DNA of 64,000 nt from an uncultured delta proteobacterium (GTDB taxonomy: Bacteria; Myxococcota; Myxococcia; Myxococcales; Myxococcaceae), in contig CAWCKH010000004.1 in the NCBI GenBank assembly GCA_963796055.1, positions 2,496,001 to 2,560,000 of the forward strand. The letters are read 5' to 3'. Each line of letters begins with the position of its first letter. The stretch's first letter is position 1. Below are positions 26,352-35,174 of the stretch, in pieces. Under the pieces are notes generated by a model that saw nothing but the letters and a program-made list of their open reading frames with translations, searched no databases and was not told the DNA's origin. Position numbers and translations under genes: made by a program.

Positions 26352-27484
26352 GAGCTGCCCGCCGTGCGGCGGGCCCACTGCTCGACCGCGGAGGTGAGCG
26401 TGGCCGCCGCCCCGGCGCGGTGCGCCGGATCCGACTCGCTCCACCCGGGCGCGCTGACCTGGATGGCTTCCTCGAAGGGGTGGTCGGCGGCGAGCGCCTG
26501 GGAATCGATCCGTCCGGCGAAGGCCACCACCCGGGCGCCGGAGAGCCGCGCCCGCCGCGCCAGCTCGAGCGGTCCCTTCCCGCTCAGGGTCTGGGTGTCG
26601 AGCCGTCCCTCGCCGGTGAGGACCCAGTCGACGCCCTGCAGCTTTGCGTCGAGCCCCAGCAGCTTGGCCAGGTGCTCGAACCCGCGGCGGATCCGCGCGC
26701 CGCAGCCGACCAGCAGCCCGTAGGAGAGGCCTCCCGCGGCTCCGGTGCCGGGAAGGTGGGCCGCGTCGATCCCCAGGTCCCGCTCCACCATCTCGGCGAA
26801 GTGCGCCAGCGCCGCGTCGAGGATCTCCACGTCCTCGGGCGAGGCGCCCTTCTGCGGCCCGTAGACATGGCTTGCCCCGGTCGGACCGCAGAGCGGGTTG
26901 AGCACGTCGGTCATCACCGTCAGCTCGGCCTCGCGCACCGCGGGGAGCACGCCGTCGGCCACGATGCGGGCCAGCTTCCGGAGCGCTGCACCCCCGGGCG
27001 GCAGCGAGCGGCCGGAGGCGTCGAGGAACCGGTACCCCAGCGCCTGGAGCGCCCCGGCGCCGCCGTCGTTCGTCGCGCTCCCCCCGACACCCACCAGGAG
27101 CGTGCGGAAGCCGGACTCGAGCGCGTCGGCGATGAGCTCGCCCGTTCCCACGGTGGTGGCGACCCGCGCATCGCGCTCCGAGGGGTCCAGGAGCGAGAGC
27201 CCCGAGGCGCGCGCCATCTCCACCACCCCACCCCCGGCCCAGCTCGCCCACTGGGCCTGGAGCGGGCGCCCGAGCGCGTCGTGCGCCCAGGCCGTGCGCC
27301 AGGTGCCGCCGAGCGCGTCCACCAGTGCGTCGGCAGTCCCCGGTCCCCCGTCGGCCAGCGGAAGGACGCGGAGATCAGCCTCCGGCCAGCCGGCCCGGAC
27401 GCCGGCCTCCATCGCGCGGGCGGCCTGGCCGGCGGTGAGACTGCCCTTGAACTCCAGTGGGGCGACGAGGATGCGAACGGTCAC
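26348..27484 (-). CDS. glxK: Glycerate kinase
   Basis: VAPLEFKGSL, PLADGGPGT, GVGGSATNDGG, GPQKGA, GAAGG, TGEGRLD. Confidence 0.93.
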   Translation of the reverse strand: MTVRILVAPLEFKGSLTAGQAARAMEAGVRAGWPEADLRVLPLADGGPGTADALVDALGGTWRTAWAHDALGRPLQAQWASWAGGGVVEMARASGLSLLDPSERDARVATTVGTGELIADALESGFRTLLVGVGGSATNDGGAGALQALGYRFLDASGRSLPPGGAALRKLARIVADGVLPAVREAELTVMTDVLNPLCGPTGASHVYGPQKGASPEDVEILDAALAHFAEMVERDLGIDAAHLPGTGAAGGLSYGLLVGCGARIRRGFEHLAKLLGLDAKLQGVDWVLTGEGRLDTQTLSGKGPLELARRARLSGARVVAFAGRIDSQALAADHPFEEAIQVSAPGWSESDPAHRAGAAATLTSAVEQWARRTAGSS

Positions 27485-27831
27485 GGGGCAGGTGCGATGA
27501 CGGGCAGGCTGGGCGGCGGCGGGGGTGGCCGGTAGAGGTCGGCCGGGACCGAGTCCTCCACGCAGCGTGGCACCGGGCCGCGAGTGTCGCAATGACGGCT
27601 CGATCCACAACCCGGCCCGCAGGGGTTGTGCTCGCAGAAGCCGGTGTCGGGGTTGCACACCTGGTTGATGCCCTCGCACACCGCGAAGCAGCCCCCGGCG
27701 GCGCGGCTGAAGAGCGAGCCGATCATCCCGTAGAGGGCGAGGGCCAGCGCGCCGTCGGCCTTGGAGCTCGAGCACCCCAGGGTCGAGCCGACCAGCGCAG
27801 CCACGACGAGGAGGGACACGGGCCGGGTCAT
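27481..27831 (-). CDS. Small Cys-rich putative lipoprotein
   Basis: Signal peptide ending TLGC; 8 further Cys; 4-nt overlaps with both neighbours. Confidence 0.7.
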   Translation of the reverse strand: MTRPVSLLVVAALVGSTLGCSSSKADGALALALYGMIGSLFSRAAGGCFAVCEGINQVCNPDTGFCEHNPCGPGCGSSRHCDTRGPVPRCVEDSVPADLYRPPPPPPSLPVIAPAP

Positions 27832-28289
27832 CGCTCGGCCTCCTCGAGCCACGTGCTGAGCGGCCGCGGTCCGCGCTCGTCGGGGCGGACCGAACGGGCG
27901 ATCGCCTCCAGCCGCCGCTGCAGACGGTCCATCTCCTCCGCCGGCTCCCGCCCGGGGCCAGTGGCGCGATGACAGAAGTAGGTCCGGCAGCCGAGCGGTC
28001 GCGAGGCGTACGCCGTGCACCGCCGTCCCGCGGCGTCGAGGAACCGGCAGCCTCCGTCCGGCCTCGGCTGGGGGAGCGCCGGCACCGCGCGCCGGATCGC
28101 CTCCCACTCCACGCCCCACAGCCAGGGCTCGCGTCCGCGCTTCGCAAGCTGGCAGCACCCGGCGGTGGCCGGGCAGCGGAAGCCCGACCAGGCACCGTCC
28201 GCCTGCCGGTAGACCGTCTCCAGCGACCGCGCGGCGGTGCGCTCCGCATGGGCCTGCCGGGCGCGCTCTGGACTCCAGTCCCCGGTCAT
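27828..28289 (-). CDS. YkgJ family cysteine-cluster (CxxxCC) protein
   Basis: CPATAGCC...CRFLD...CTAYASRPLGCRTYFC. Confidence 0.85.
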   Translation of the reverse strand: MTGDWSPERARQAHAERTAARSLETVYRQADGAWSGFRCPATAGCCQLAKRGREPWLWGVEWEAIRRAVPALPQPRPDGGCRFLDAAGRRCTAYASRPLGCRTYFCHRATGPGREPAEEMDRLQRRLEAIARSVRPDERGPRPLSTWLEEAER

Positions 28290-28525
28290 GGCGAGCCTCC
28301 ATCGGGAGCGATGCCGCTGCAGAAGGGCCTCCCCGAGGGGCACTGGCCCGGCGCGACCGAACCAGCCGGACAGGTCCAGCCCCCGGGCCCACAGAGAGCG
28401 GGGGTGAAGACGTCTCCGATGCATCCACCTTCGCAACAGGAAAGGGGCGCAGGCGACTCGCACGGACTGCCGCAGCCGGCGCCAGCGATTCCGAGCAACC
28501 ACACAGCCATCAGCCAGCTCCGCAC
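28286..28525 (-). CDS. Small Cys-rich putative lipoprotein
   Basis: WLLGIAGAGC lipobox then CESPAPLSCCEGGC...C...C...C...C; stop overlaps the YkgJ start. Confidence 0.6.
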   Translation of the reverse strand: MRSWLMAVWLLGIAGAGCGSPCESPAPLSCCEGGCIGDVFTPALCGPGGWTCPAGSVAPGQCPSGRPFCSGIAPDGGSP

Positions 28526-28577
28526 GGGTCCCCCGCGGCCAGGGCGCTCGCCCGGATCGATAGCGCTCCGTGGGGCG

Positions 28578-29846
28578 TCAGTCCACAACCCGCAGCACGT
28601 AGAGCTTGAGGTATCGGGTCTCGCGCAGCGCGGTGAGGACCGGATGGTCCCGGGCGGCCCCCCGGCGCTCGACGATCTGCACCCGTCGTCGCGCGTCCGC
28701 CGCTGCGGACGCCAGCATCGCCTCGAAGCGCTCCTCGTCCACGTGGTAGGTGCAGCTCGCGGTCATGAGGATGCCCCCGCGGGCGAGCAGCTGGAGCGCG
28801 CGGAGGTTGATCTCCTTGTAGCCGCGGACCGCGGACTCGATGGCGTCCTTGTTCTTCGCGAACGAAGGTGGGTCGAGCACGATGGTGTCGAAGCGGCGCC
28901 CCTCGTCCACCGCGTCGCGGAGGAAGTCGAAGGCGTTGGCGGTCACCACCTCGACGTTCTGGAACCCGTTCCGCTCCACGTTGTGGCGCAGCGCCGCGCA
29001 GGCTTGCTCGGAGATCTCCACCGCGGTGACCCGGGTGGCCCGGGTGGCGAGCTGCAGCGCAAAGCCGCCGAGGTACGAGAAGCAGTCCAGCGCCTCTCCG
29101 CGGGCGTACGTCGCCGCGAGCTGGTGGTTCTCTCGCTGGTCCAGGAATGCGCCGGTCTTCTGCCCGGCCTGCACGTCGGCGGACACGCGTACCAGGCCCT
29201 CGGAGTACTCCACCCGCTCGGGGACCTCGCCCCGCAGCACTGCCCGCCGGGGCTCGAGCCCCTCCAGGGTGCGGACGTTCACGTCGGAGCGATCCATCAC
29301 CCCACGGGGCCGGAAGTGCGCGACCAGGAGGTCGGTCAACAGCTCCCGCCGCGCCTCGGTGGCCTGGACGAGGAACTGAACCGAGAGGATGTCGCCATAG
29401 CGGTCCACCACCAGGCCGGGGAGCAGATCCGCCTCGCCGTGCACGACGCGGTAGGTGGTCTCGTCCGGGTAGAGGGCCCGCCGGAGCGCATCGGCCTGCG
29501 CGATGCGGGCAGCGAGCAGCTCGGGACCCACCGCGACGTCCTCGAACGACATCCAGCGCAGCGCGATCTTCGACGTCGACGAGTAGAACGCCTTGCCCAC
29601 AAACCAGCCGCGCGGGTCCACCACCCGGACCGCCTCGCCGCCCGCGAGCTCGGGAACCGCCGCGAGATCTGCCCGGTAGATCCACGGGTGGCCCGACTGC
29701 CAGCGCTCGGTTCCGCGCGGGGAAAGCCCGACTTGTGGCGTGCCGTCCGGCCCGATGGCCGGCGGAGGCGGCAGCGGGCGCTGGGGGCGTGGACCGCGGC
29801 GGGGCGGGCGCTGGGCGGCGCGGTGGGGACGGCTCGGCGGCGGCAT
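28578..29846 (-). CDS. rlmI: 23S rRNA m5C1962 methyltransferase RlmI-like
   Basis: GHPWIY PUA domain, HGEADLLPGLVVDRY, GQKTGAFLDQREN, VLDPPSFAK. Confidence 0.88.
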   Translation of the reverse strand: MPPPSRPHRAAQRPPRRGPRPQRPLPPPPAIGPDGTPQVGLSPRGTERWQSGHPWIYRADLAAVPELAGGEAVRVVDPRGWFVGKAFYSSTSKIALRWMSFEDVAVGPELLAARIAQADALRRALYPDETTYRVVHGEADLLPGLVVDRYGDILSVQFLVQATEARRELLTDLLVAHFRPRGVMDRSDVNVRTLEGLEPRRAVLRGEVPERVEYSEGLVRVSADVQAGQKTGAFLDQRENHQLAATYARGEALDCFSYLGGFALQLATRATRVTAVEISEQACAALRHNVERNGFQNVEVVTANAFDFLRDAVDEGRRFDTIVLDPPSFAKNKDAIESAVRGYKEINLRALQLLARGGILMTASCTYHVDEERFEAMLASAAADARRRVQIVERRGAARDHPVLTALRETRYLKLYVLRVVD

Positions 29847-29849
29847 GTC

Positions 29850-30776
29850 TCAGGTACCCTCGATGCGCCAGCAGCGGTGGGCGTCGTGCTGGTGGAAGTC
29901 CGGTGGAAGGCTGCGCGGGGTCAGCTCCTCGAAGCGGGCCGGCAGACCCTCCGGCTCCAGCCGGAATCCCTTGTAGTTGGTCGAGAAGTACAGCACTCCG
30001 CCCGGGGCGAGAAGGGCCAGGGCGCGCCCGAGCAGTCGCCGCTGGTCCCGCTGGACGTTGAAGTCGCCCCGCATGCCCTTGCTGGTGGAGTGCGGCGGCG
30101 GGTCGAGCACCACCAGGTCCCATTGCCCGTGGGCGTCGTCCATCCAGCGCAGACAGTCGGCCCGCAGGAGCTGGTGGTCGCCGCCCGGCACTCCGTTCAG
30201 CGCGAGGTTGCGTCCAGCCCAGTCCAGATAGGTCGCCGAGAGGTCCACGCTGGTCGTGCTCCTGGCCCCCCCGGTCGCCGCCGCCACGCTGAAGCTGCCG
30301 GTGTAGGCGAAGAGGTTGAGCATGCGCTGGCCACTGCTCTCGGCGCGCACCCGGGCCCGGCTGTTCCGGTGATCGAGGAAGAGCCCGGTGTCCAGGCGGT
30401 CCGAGAGGTTGACGATGAAGCGCATCGCCCCCTCCTGGACCTCGAACTCGGCGCCGGTATCGGCGAGCCGCGCGTAACGCGGCCGGCCCCAGGGCTGGGG
30501 GGCATGGGTCTTGGTGAAGACCAGGCCGGGGTCCACCTCGAGCACCTCCACCACCGCGGCGAGCACCGCCTCTCGATCGGGATGCCCACCGGCAGCACGC
30601 TGGGCGCGGCGCGGGTATTCCACCAGGTGAACTGCCGGCCCGTAGCGCTCGACGACGAACGGAAATTCCGGGATGTCGCGGTCGTAGACCCGCCAGGCCG
30701 TCACCCCGGCGCGTGCTGCCCACCGGCCGAGATGCCGAGCGTTCTTGCGCAGGCGGTCACGAAAGGCCGAGGACAT
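29850..30776 (-). CDS. rlmK: Stand-alone RlmK-like (m7G2069) methyltransferase
   Basis: FRDRLRKN...RVYDRDIPE, DTGLFLDHR, LNLFAYTG, DPP, FSTN match the C-terminal half of RlmKL. Confidence 0.8.
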   Translation of the reverse strand: MSSAFRDRLRKNARHLGRWAARAGVTAWRVYDRDIPEFPFVVERYGPAVHLVEYPRRAQRAAGGHPDREAVLAAVVEVLEVDPGLVFTKTHAPQPWGRPRYARLADTGAEFEVQEGAMRFIVNLSDRLDTGLFLDHRNSRARVRAESSGQRMLNLFAYTGSFSVAAATGGARSTTSVDLSATYLDWAGRNLALNGVPGGDHQLLRADCLRWMDDAHGQWDLVVLDPPPHSTSKGMRGDFNVQRDQRRLLGRALALLAPGGVLYFSTNYKGFRLEPEGLPARFEELTPRSLPPDFHQHDAHRCWRIEGT

Positions 30777-30803
30777 GGGCGCCGCAGTGCTTATCCTTCG
30801 AGC

Positions 30804-31475
30804 ATGCCGCCGCGCACGCCCAAGACGACCGCTGCACCCTGGGTGCCCGACCACGGCGGGCTGGCCGCGCTCCAGCAGGCCGCCCGCGCGTGCCGCGGAT
30901 GCGACCTCTGGCGAAACGCCACCCAGACCGTCTTCGGCGAGGGCCCTCCGCGCGCCGACGTGGTGCTGGTCGGGGAGCAGCCCGGGGACAAGGAGGATCT
31001 CGCCGGGCACCCGTTCGTCGGACCGGCGGGGCGGGTCCTGGACGAGGCGCTGGAGGCTGTGGGGATCGACCGCCACCACGTCTACGTCACCAACGCGGTG
31101 AAGCACTTCAAGTGGGAGCGCGGCTCTGGAAAGCGCCGGATCCACGCCAAGCCGAACCAGCTGGAGATCCAGGCCTGCCGGCCCTGGCTCGAAGCGGAGC
31201 TCTCGGTGCTTCAGCCCAGGGTGCTGGTGTGCCTCGGCTCCACCGCGGCCCAGGCGCTGCTCGGCCGCAGCTTCCGGGTGACGGTGCACCGGGGGGAGTG
31301 GGTCCCCTCGCCGCTGGCGCCGCACGTGCTCGCCACCGTGCACCCATCCTTTATCCTCAGGGCGCCCGACGAGGCGGCGCGCGCGGAGGCGATGGAGGCG
31401 TTCATCCGCGACCTCCGGCCCGTGGCCCGCCTCCTCGCTTCAGCGGAGACGCGCTCAGCAGCACCTGGGTCCTGA
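30804..31475 (+). CDS. udgX: UdgX-type uracil-DNA glycosylase (family 4-like, Fe-S)
   Basis: CRGCDL, GEQPG, TNAVKHFKW, KRRIH loop, HPS. Confidence 0.9.
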   Translation: MPPRTPKTTAAPWVPDHGGLAALQQAARACRGCDLWRNATQTVFGEGPPRADVVLVGEQPGDKEDLAGHPFVGPAGRVLDEALEAVGIDRHHVYVTNAVKHFKWERGSGKRRIHAKPNQLEIQACRPWLEAELSVLQPRVLVCLGSTAAQALLGRSFRVTVHRGEWVPSPLAPHVLATVHPSFILRAPDEAARAEAMEAFIRDLRPVARLLASAETRSAAPGS

Positions 31476-32325
31476 GGGCGACTGCCTCGTCCTCCCAGGC
31501 CTCGAGTGCTCGCAGGACGTCCTGCGCCTGCCGGTCGCGATCCGCCCGGAGCCGCTGGAGGACCGTGTCCGTGCCTTGCGTGCTCGCATCCCCGTGGCTG
31601 TCCACCAGCTGGATACGCACGTCGGTGTCGTGCAGGGTTCCGATCGCTTCCTGGAGTGGGACGAGGCTCTCGAGGATCTGCTTCACCTCGGCCGGCATGG
31701 CAGGCTCGAGCAGCTCGAGCGCGTAGCGAAACCGCTTCACCGATTTCCGGAGCTCGTGCATCGGGGTGGGGGAGGGGTCCTGCTGGGCGTCGATGACCCG
31801 CGCCTCGAGCTCCTCGAGGTCGGAGACGAGCCGATCACGGAGACGGTGCCCTCCGAGCTTCCCCCGGGGTTCGAGCCCGACCAGCCGGCCGAGGGCCTCC
31901 GGCCCGCGCTTCTTCCACCGGTCGAGGGCGGCGCGCAGCGCCTCCACCTTCTCGGGGAGGCCACCGGCAATCCGTTCCCGGACGTGCCGGAGGGCGGTGC
32001 GCTCGAGCGGCGCGGCCTCGTCGCCCAGCTTGGCGAGCCCGTCGAGCTGGACGTGCAGGTCTCGCACTTCCCCGAGGGCATCTTGCAGCGCGCGGACCTC
32101 GCGATCGGCCCGTCTTGCCCGCTTCTCCTCGCCGAAGAGCGTCAGCGCCGCCCGGAGCCGCCGGCTCGCCACCCGCGCATCGTGCACCTGCTCGGAGCCG
32201 AGGCGCGGCCCGAGCTTTCCGAGATACCGCCGGAGGTCGGCCACCCGCCCGGCGACGAGCGCCCGCGCCGCCTTCGGCATGGGAGTGGAGGCCTGGAGAC
32301 CGCGGACGGGGGTGGGCTTGGCCAT
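31402..32325 (-). CDS. CHAD domain protein (polyphosphate-binding)
   Basis: VHDARVASRRLRA, LGEVRDLHV, HELRKSVKRFRYALE, QEAIGTLHD. Confidence 0.9.
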   Translation of the reverse strand: MAKPTPVRGLQASTPMPKAARALVAGRVADLRRYLGKLGPRLGSEQVHDARVASRRLRAALTLFGEEKRARRADREVRALQDALGEVRDLHVQLDGLAKLGDEAAPLERTALRHVRERIAGGLPEKVEALRAALDRWKKRGPEALGRLVGLEPRGKLGGHRLRDRLVSDLEELEARVIDAQQDPSPTPMHELRKSVKRFRYALELLEPAMPAEVKQILESLVPLQEAIGTLHDTDVRIQLVDSHGDASTQGTDTVLQRLRADRDRQAQDVLRALEAWEDEAVALRTQVLLSASPLKRGGGPRAGGRG

Positions 32326-32344
32326 CGGCAGCCGCTTCCTTACC

Positions 32345-33205
32345 TCAACCCCTTTCGAGGGCGAGCATCTCCGCGTCGTCCAGGGCGAGCGCCGCCGCTG
32401 CCACGTTCTCCTCCAGGTGCTGCACCGACGAGGTCCCGGGGATGGGGAGCATCACCGGCGAGTGGAGCAGCAGCCACGCCAGCGCCACCTGGGCGGCGGT
32501 CACCGCGTGCGCCTTCGCCACTCGGTCCAGCGGCCCCCCCGGCCTGGCCAGCTCTCCGGCCGCCACCGGGTACCAGGGCAGGAACCCCAGACCCTCGCGC
32601 CCGCAGAGCTGCAGGACGTCCTCGGAGCCGCGGTCGCTCAGGTTGTAGCGGTTCTGCACGGAGACGATGGGGACCAGCTTCCTGGCCCGCTGCAGCTGCT
32701 CGACACTGACGTTGGACAGGCCGAGGTGGCGAATCTTCCCCTCCGCCCGGAGCTTGATCAGCTCGCCGAGCGACTCCTCCATCGGCACGCTGGGGTCGAT
32801 GGCGTGCAGCTGGTACAGGTCGATCCGCTCCACCCGCAACCGCCGCAGGCTCCCCTCGCAAGCCTTGCGCAGATGCTCCGGCCGGCCATTCCGGTGCCAC
32901 TGGCCCGGCCCGCTGCGGGTCAGCCCACCCTTGGTGGCGATGACCAGCCCGGCGGGGTAGGGATGCAGGGCCTCGGCGATGATGTTCTCGCTCACCTCGG
33001 GCCCGTAGGAATCCGCGGTGTCGATGAGGTTGACCCCGAGCTCGACGGCCCGACGGAGCACAGCGTGCGCCCGGGCGCGATCGGGAGGGTCGCCCCAGAT
33101 GCCCTGGCCGGTGAGCCGCATCGCGCCGAACCCCATCCGGCGGACGACGAGATCACCTCCGAGGGTCATCGAGCCTGCTGCGGCGGCGGGGAGTTCGCTG
33201 GGCAT
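32345..33205 (-). CDS. Aldo/keto reductase
   Basis: [33 protein letters not shown]. Confidence 0.95.
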   Translation of the reverse strand: MPSELPAAAAGSMTLGGDLVVRRMGFGAMRLTGQGIWGDPPDRARAHAVLRRAVELGVNLIDTADSYGPEVSENIIAEALHPYPAGLVIATKGGLTRSGPGQWHRNGRPEHLRKACEGSLRRLRVERIDLYQLHAIDPSVPMEESLGELIKLRAEGKIRHLGLSNVSVEQLQRARKLVPIVSVQNRYNLSDRGSEDVLQLCGREGLGFLPWYPVAAGELARPGGPLDRVAKAHAVTAAQVALAWLLLHSPVMLPIPGTSSVQHLEENVAAAALALDDAEMLALERG

Positions 33206-33223
33206 CGCGGGTGTCCTTTCAGG

Positions 33224-33754
33224 TCAGCCGCGGGCGGTGCGCTCGGCGGCGGAGAGAATCGCCTCCGCCTCGTCGATGCCGCCCCACCCGAGGAATCGCA
33301 AGTCCTTCTTCTCCCAGCGCGTGGACCAGACGAAGAAATCCTCCAGCTCGGACCGGAGCCGCTCCGGGAAGGCGAAGACGTCCGTCGGGTCGTCGCCGTG
33401 CGCGGCCTCGACTGGAATCAGGAACAGCCGGTCATTCCGTTGCCGGCCCGGGCCCTCCTTCCGGTTCTGCTCCACCTTCAGGGCCCCGAGCAGGCGGGCC
33501 GGAACCACGATGCCTGGCTGCCCCGGTCCCGTGCCGTAGAGCATCGCGTCCAGGGGGTCTCCGTCCTCCGCCCGGGTGGAGGGGACGAATCCCCAGTCGA
33601 ATGGGTAGTGGAGCCCGAGCGGGAGCGGCCGGCTCACCGACATGTGCCTCAGCTGCGGGTCGAACTTGAGCTTCACCTTCGCGCCGGCCGGAGTTTCCAC
33701 CACCACCAGCACAGCGTCGCCGGCCCGGGCCGGCAGACTGACCAGGTCTTTCAT
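33224..33754 (-). CDS. Second family I inorganic diphosphatase-like protein
   Basis: VVETPAG, YPFDWGFVPST, EDGDPLDA, RNDRL. Confidence 0.85.
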   Translation of the reverse strand: MKDLVSLPARAGDAVLVVVETPAGAKVKLKFDPQLRHMSVSRPLPLGLHYPFDWGFVPSTRAEDGDPLDAMLYGTGPGQPGIVVPARLLGALKVEQNRKEGPGRQRNDRLFLIPVEAAHGDDPTDVFAFPERLRSELEDFFVWSTRWEKKDLRFLGWGGIDEAEAILSAAERTARG

Positions 33755-33772
33755 GCAATGGTCCTCGCCGCC

Positions 33773-34915
33773 ATGCGCTTCGACACCCTCGCCATCCACG
33801 CCGGCCAGGAGCCGGACCCGACCACCGGCGCGATCATGACGCCGGTCTATCTCTCGTCGACCTACGTGCAGGCCGGTCCCGGCGAGCACAAGGGCTACGA
33901 ATACAGCCGTACCAGGAACCCCACCCGCACCGCGCTCGAGGCCTGCCTCGCGGCGTTGGAAGGTGCACGGTTCGGCGCGGCCTTCGCCTCGGGCTGCGCG
34001 GCCACCGACGCTCTGATCCACCTGCTCGACAGCGGAGACCACGTCGTCTGCTCGGACGACGTCTACGGCGGCACCTTCCGGCTCTTCGACAAGGTGTTCA
34101 AGCGGCTGGGTCTGTCCTTCAGCTTCGTGGACCTGTCGAAGCCCGGGACCCTCGAGGCGGCGCTCACCCCCCGGACGAGGATGGTGTGGCTGGAGACGCC
34201 CACCAACCCGACCTTGAAGCTGGTGGACCTCGCCCGGTGCGCCGAGACCTGCCGGGCCCGGAAGATCGTCACCGTCTGCGACAACACCTTCCTCTCGCCG
34301 TACTTCCAGCGCCCGCTCGAGCACGGCATCGACGTGGTGGTGCACTCCACCACCAAGTACATCAACGGGCACAGCGACACGGTGGGCGGCTTCATCGCCA
34401 CCAGCAACGAGGAGCTCGCCCAGCGCATCTACTTCCTCCAGAACGCGGTGGGCGGTGTGCCCTCGGCGATGGACAGCTTTCTCGTCCTGCGGGGGGTGAA
34501 GACGCTCGGCGTCCGGATGGCGCGCCACGAGCAGAACGCGATGAAGGTCGCCGAGTTCCTGATGCAGCACCCCAAGGCCGGCCACGTCGTCTACCCGGGC
34601 CTGCCGAGCCACCCGCAGCACGCGCTCGCCCGGAAGCAGATGAAGGGCTTCGGCGGGATGCTCACCTTCGAGATCCAGGGCGGTCTTCCGGCGGCAAGGA
34701 AGTTCCTCAAGGCGACCAAGGTCTTCGCCTGCGCCGAGTCGCTCGGCGGCGTGGAGAGCCTCATCGAGCATCCGGCGATCATGACCCACGCCTCGGTGCC
34801 TCCCGAGACCCGTGCGGCGCTGGGCATCTCCGACGGGTTCATCCGCCTCTCGGTGGGCATCGAGGACGTCGCGGACCTGATCGAGGACCTGTCCCAGGCG
34901 TTCGCCCAGGCCTGA
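33773..34915 (+). CDS. metB: Cystathionine gamma-lyase/synthase (PLP)
   Basis: FDTLAIHAGQEPD, YSRTRNPTR, ETPTNP, HSTTKYINGHSD, ESLGGVESL. Confidence 0.88.
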   Translation: MRFDTLAIHAGQEPDPTTGAIMTPVYLSSTYVQAGPGEHKGYEYSRTRNPTRTALEACLAALEGARFGAAFASGCAATDALIHLLDSGDHVVCSDDVYGGTFRLFDKVFKRLGLSFSFVDLSKPGTLEAALTPRTRMVWLETPTNPTLKLVDLARCAETCRARKIVTVCDNTFLSPYFQRPLEHGIDVVVHSTTKYINGHSDTVGGFIATSNEELAQRIYFLQNAVGGVPSAMDSFLVLRGVKTLGVRMARHEQNAMKVAEFLMQHPKAGHVVYPGLPSHPQHALARKQMKGFGGMLTFEIQGGLPAARKFLKATKVFACAESLGGVESLIEHPAIMTHASVPPETRAALGISDGFIRLSVGIEDVADLIEDLSQAFAQA

Positions 34916-34986
34916 TTCCAGGAACTTCCGCCGGCGACCCGCCGATGGCTTGCGCGGCGCCCCCCGACTGGACTACCTCTCCAGTC

Positions 34987-35073
34987 GTGGTCGTCCAGCT
35001 CCATCACCATGCGCACCATCCGCACGGGCCCGTCGGGTCGGTGCACGCGCATGGCGGTGTGTCCTTGAGCTGA
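34987..35073 (+). CDS. Putative his operon leader peptide (28 aa, 8 His)
   Basis: GTG-VVQLHHHAHHPHGPVGSVHAHGGVSLS*; ends 101 nt before hisG; an alternative in-frame ATG lies at 34945. Confidence 0.75.
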   Translation: MVVQLHHHAHHPHGPVGSVHAHGGVSLS

Positions 35074-35105
35074 CCCGCCCCCGCTGACACCGAAAGTTCC
35101 CGACC

Positions 35106-35160
35106 GGGCCCTCCAGGGCGCCGCATCCTTGCGGCGTGCCTCGAGGGCCCACTTCCCGTT
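35106..35160 (+). terminator. Attenuator (3:4) hairpin upstream of hisG
   Basis: GGGCCCTC(35106-13)/GAGGGCCC(35143-50) enclose GCGCCGCA-TCCT-TGCGGCGT; only a weak pyrimidine tail follows. Confidence 0.55.
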
Positions 35161-35174
35161 TCTGGAGGCCGTTC

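Noticed and set aside
27969..34915. 1168-aa and 1049-aa ORFs as giant fusion proteins
   Set aside because: Only their 3' ends are real (udgX from 30804, metB from 33773); the upstream parts are antisense to other genes.
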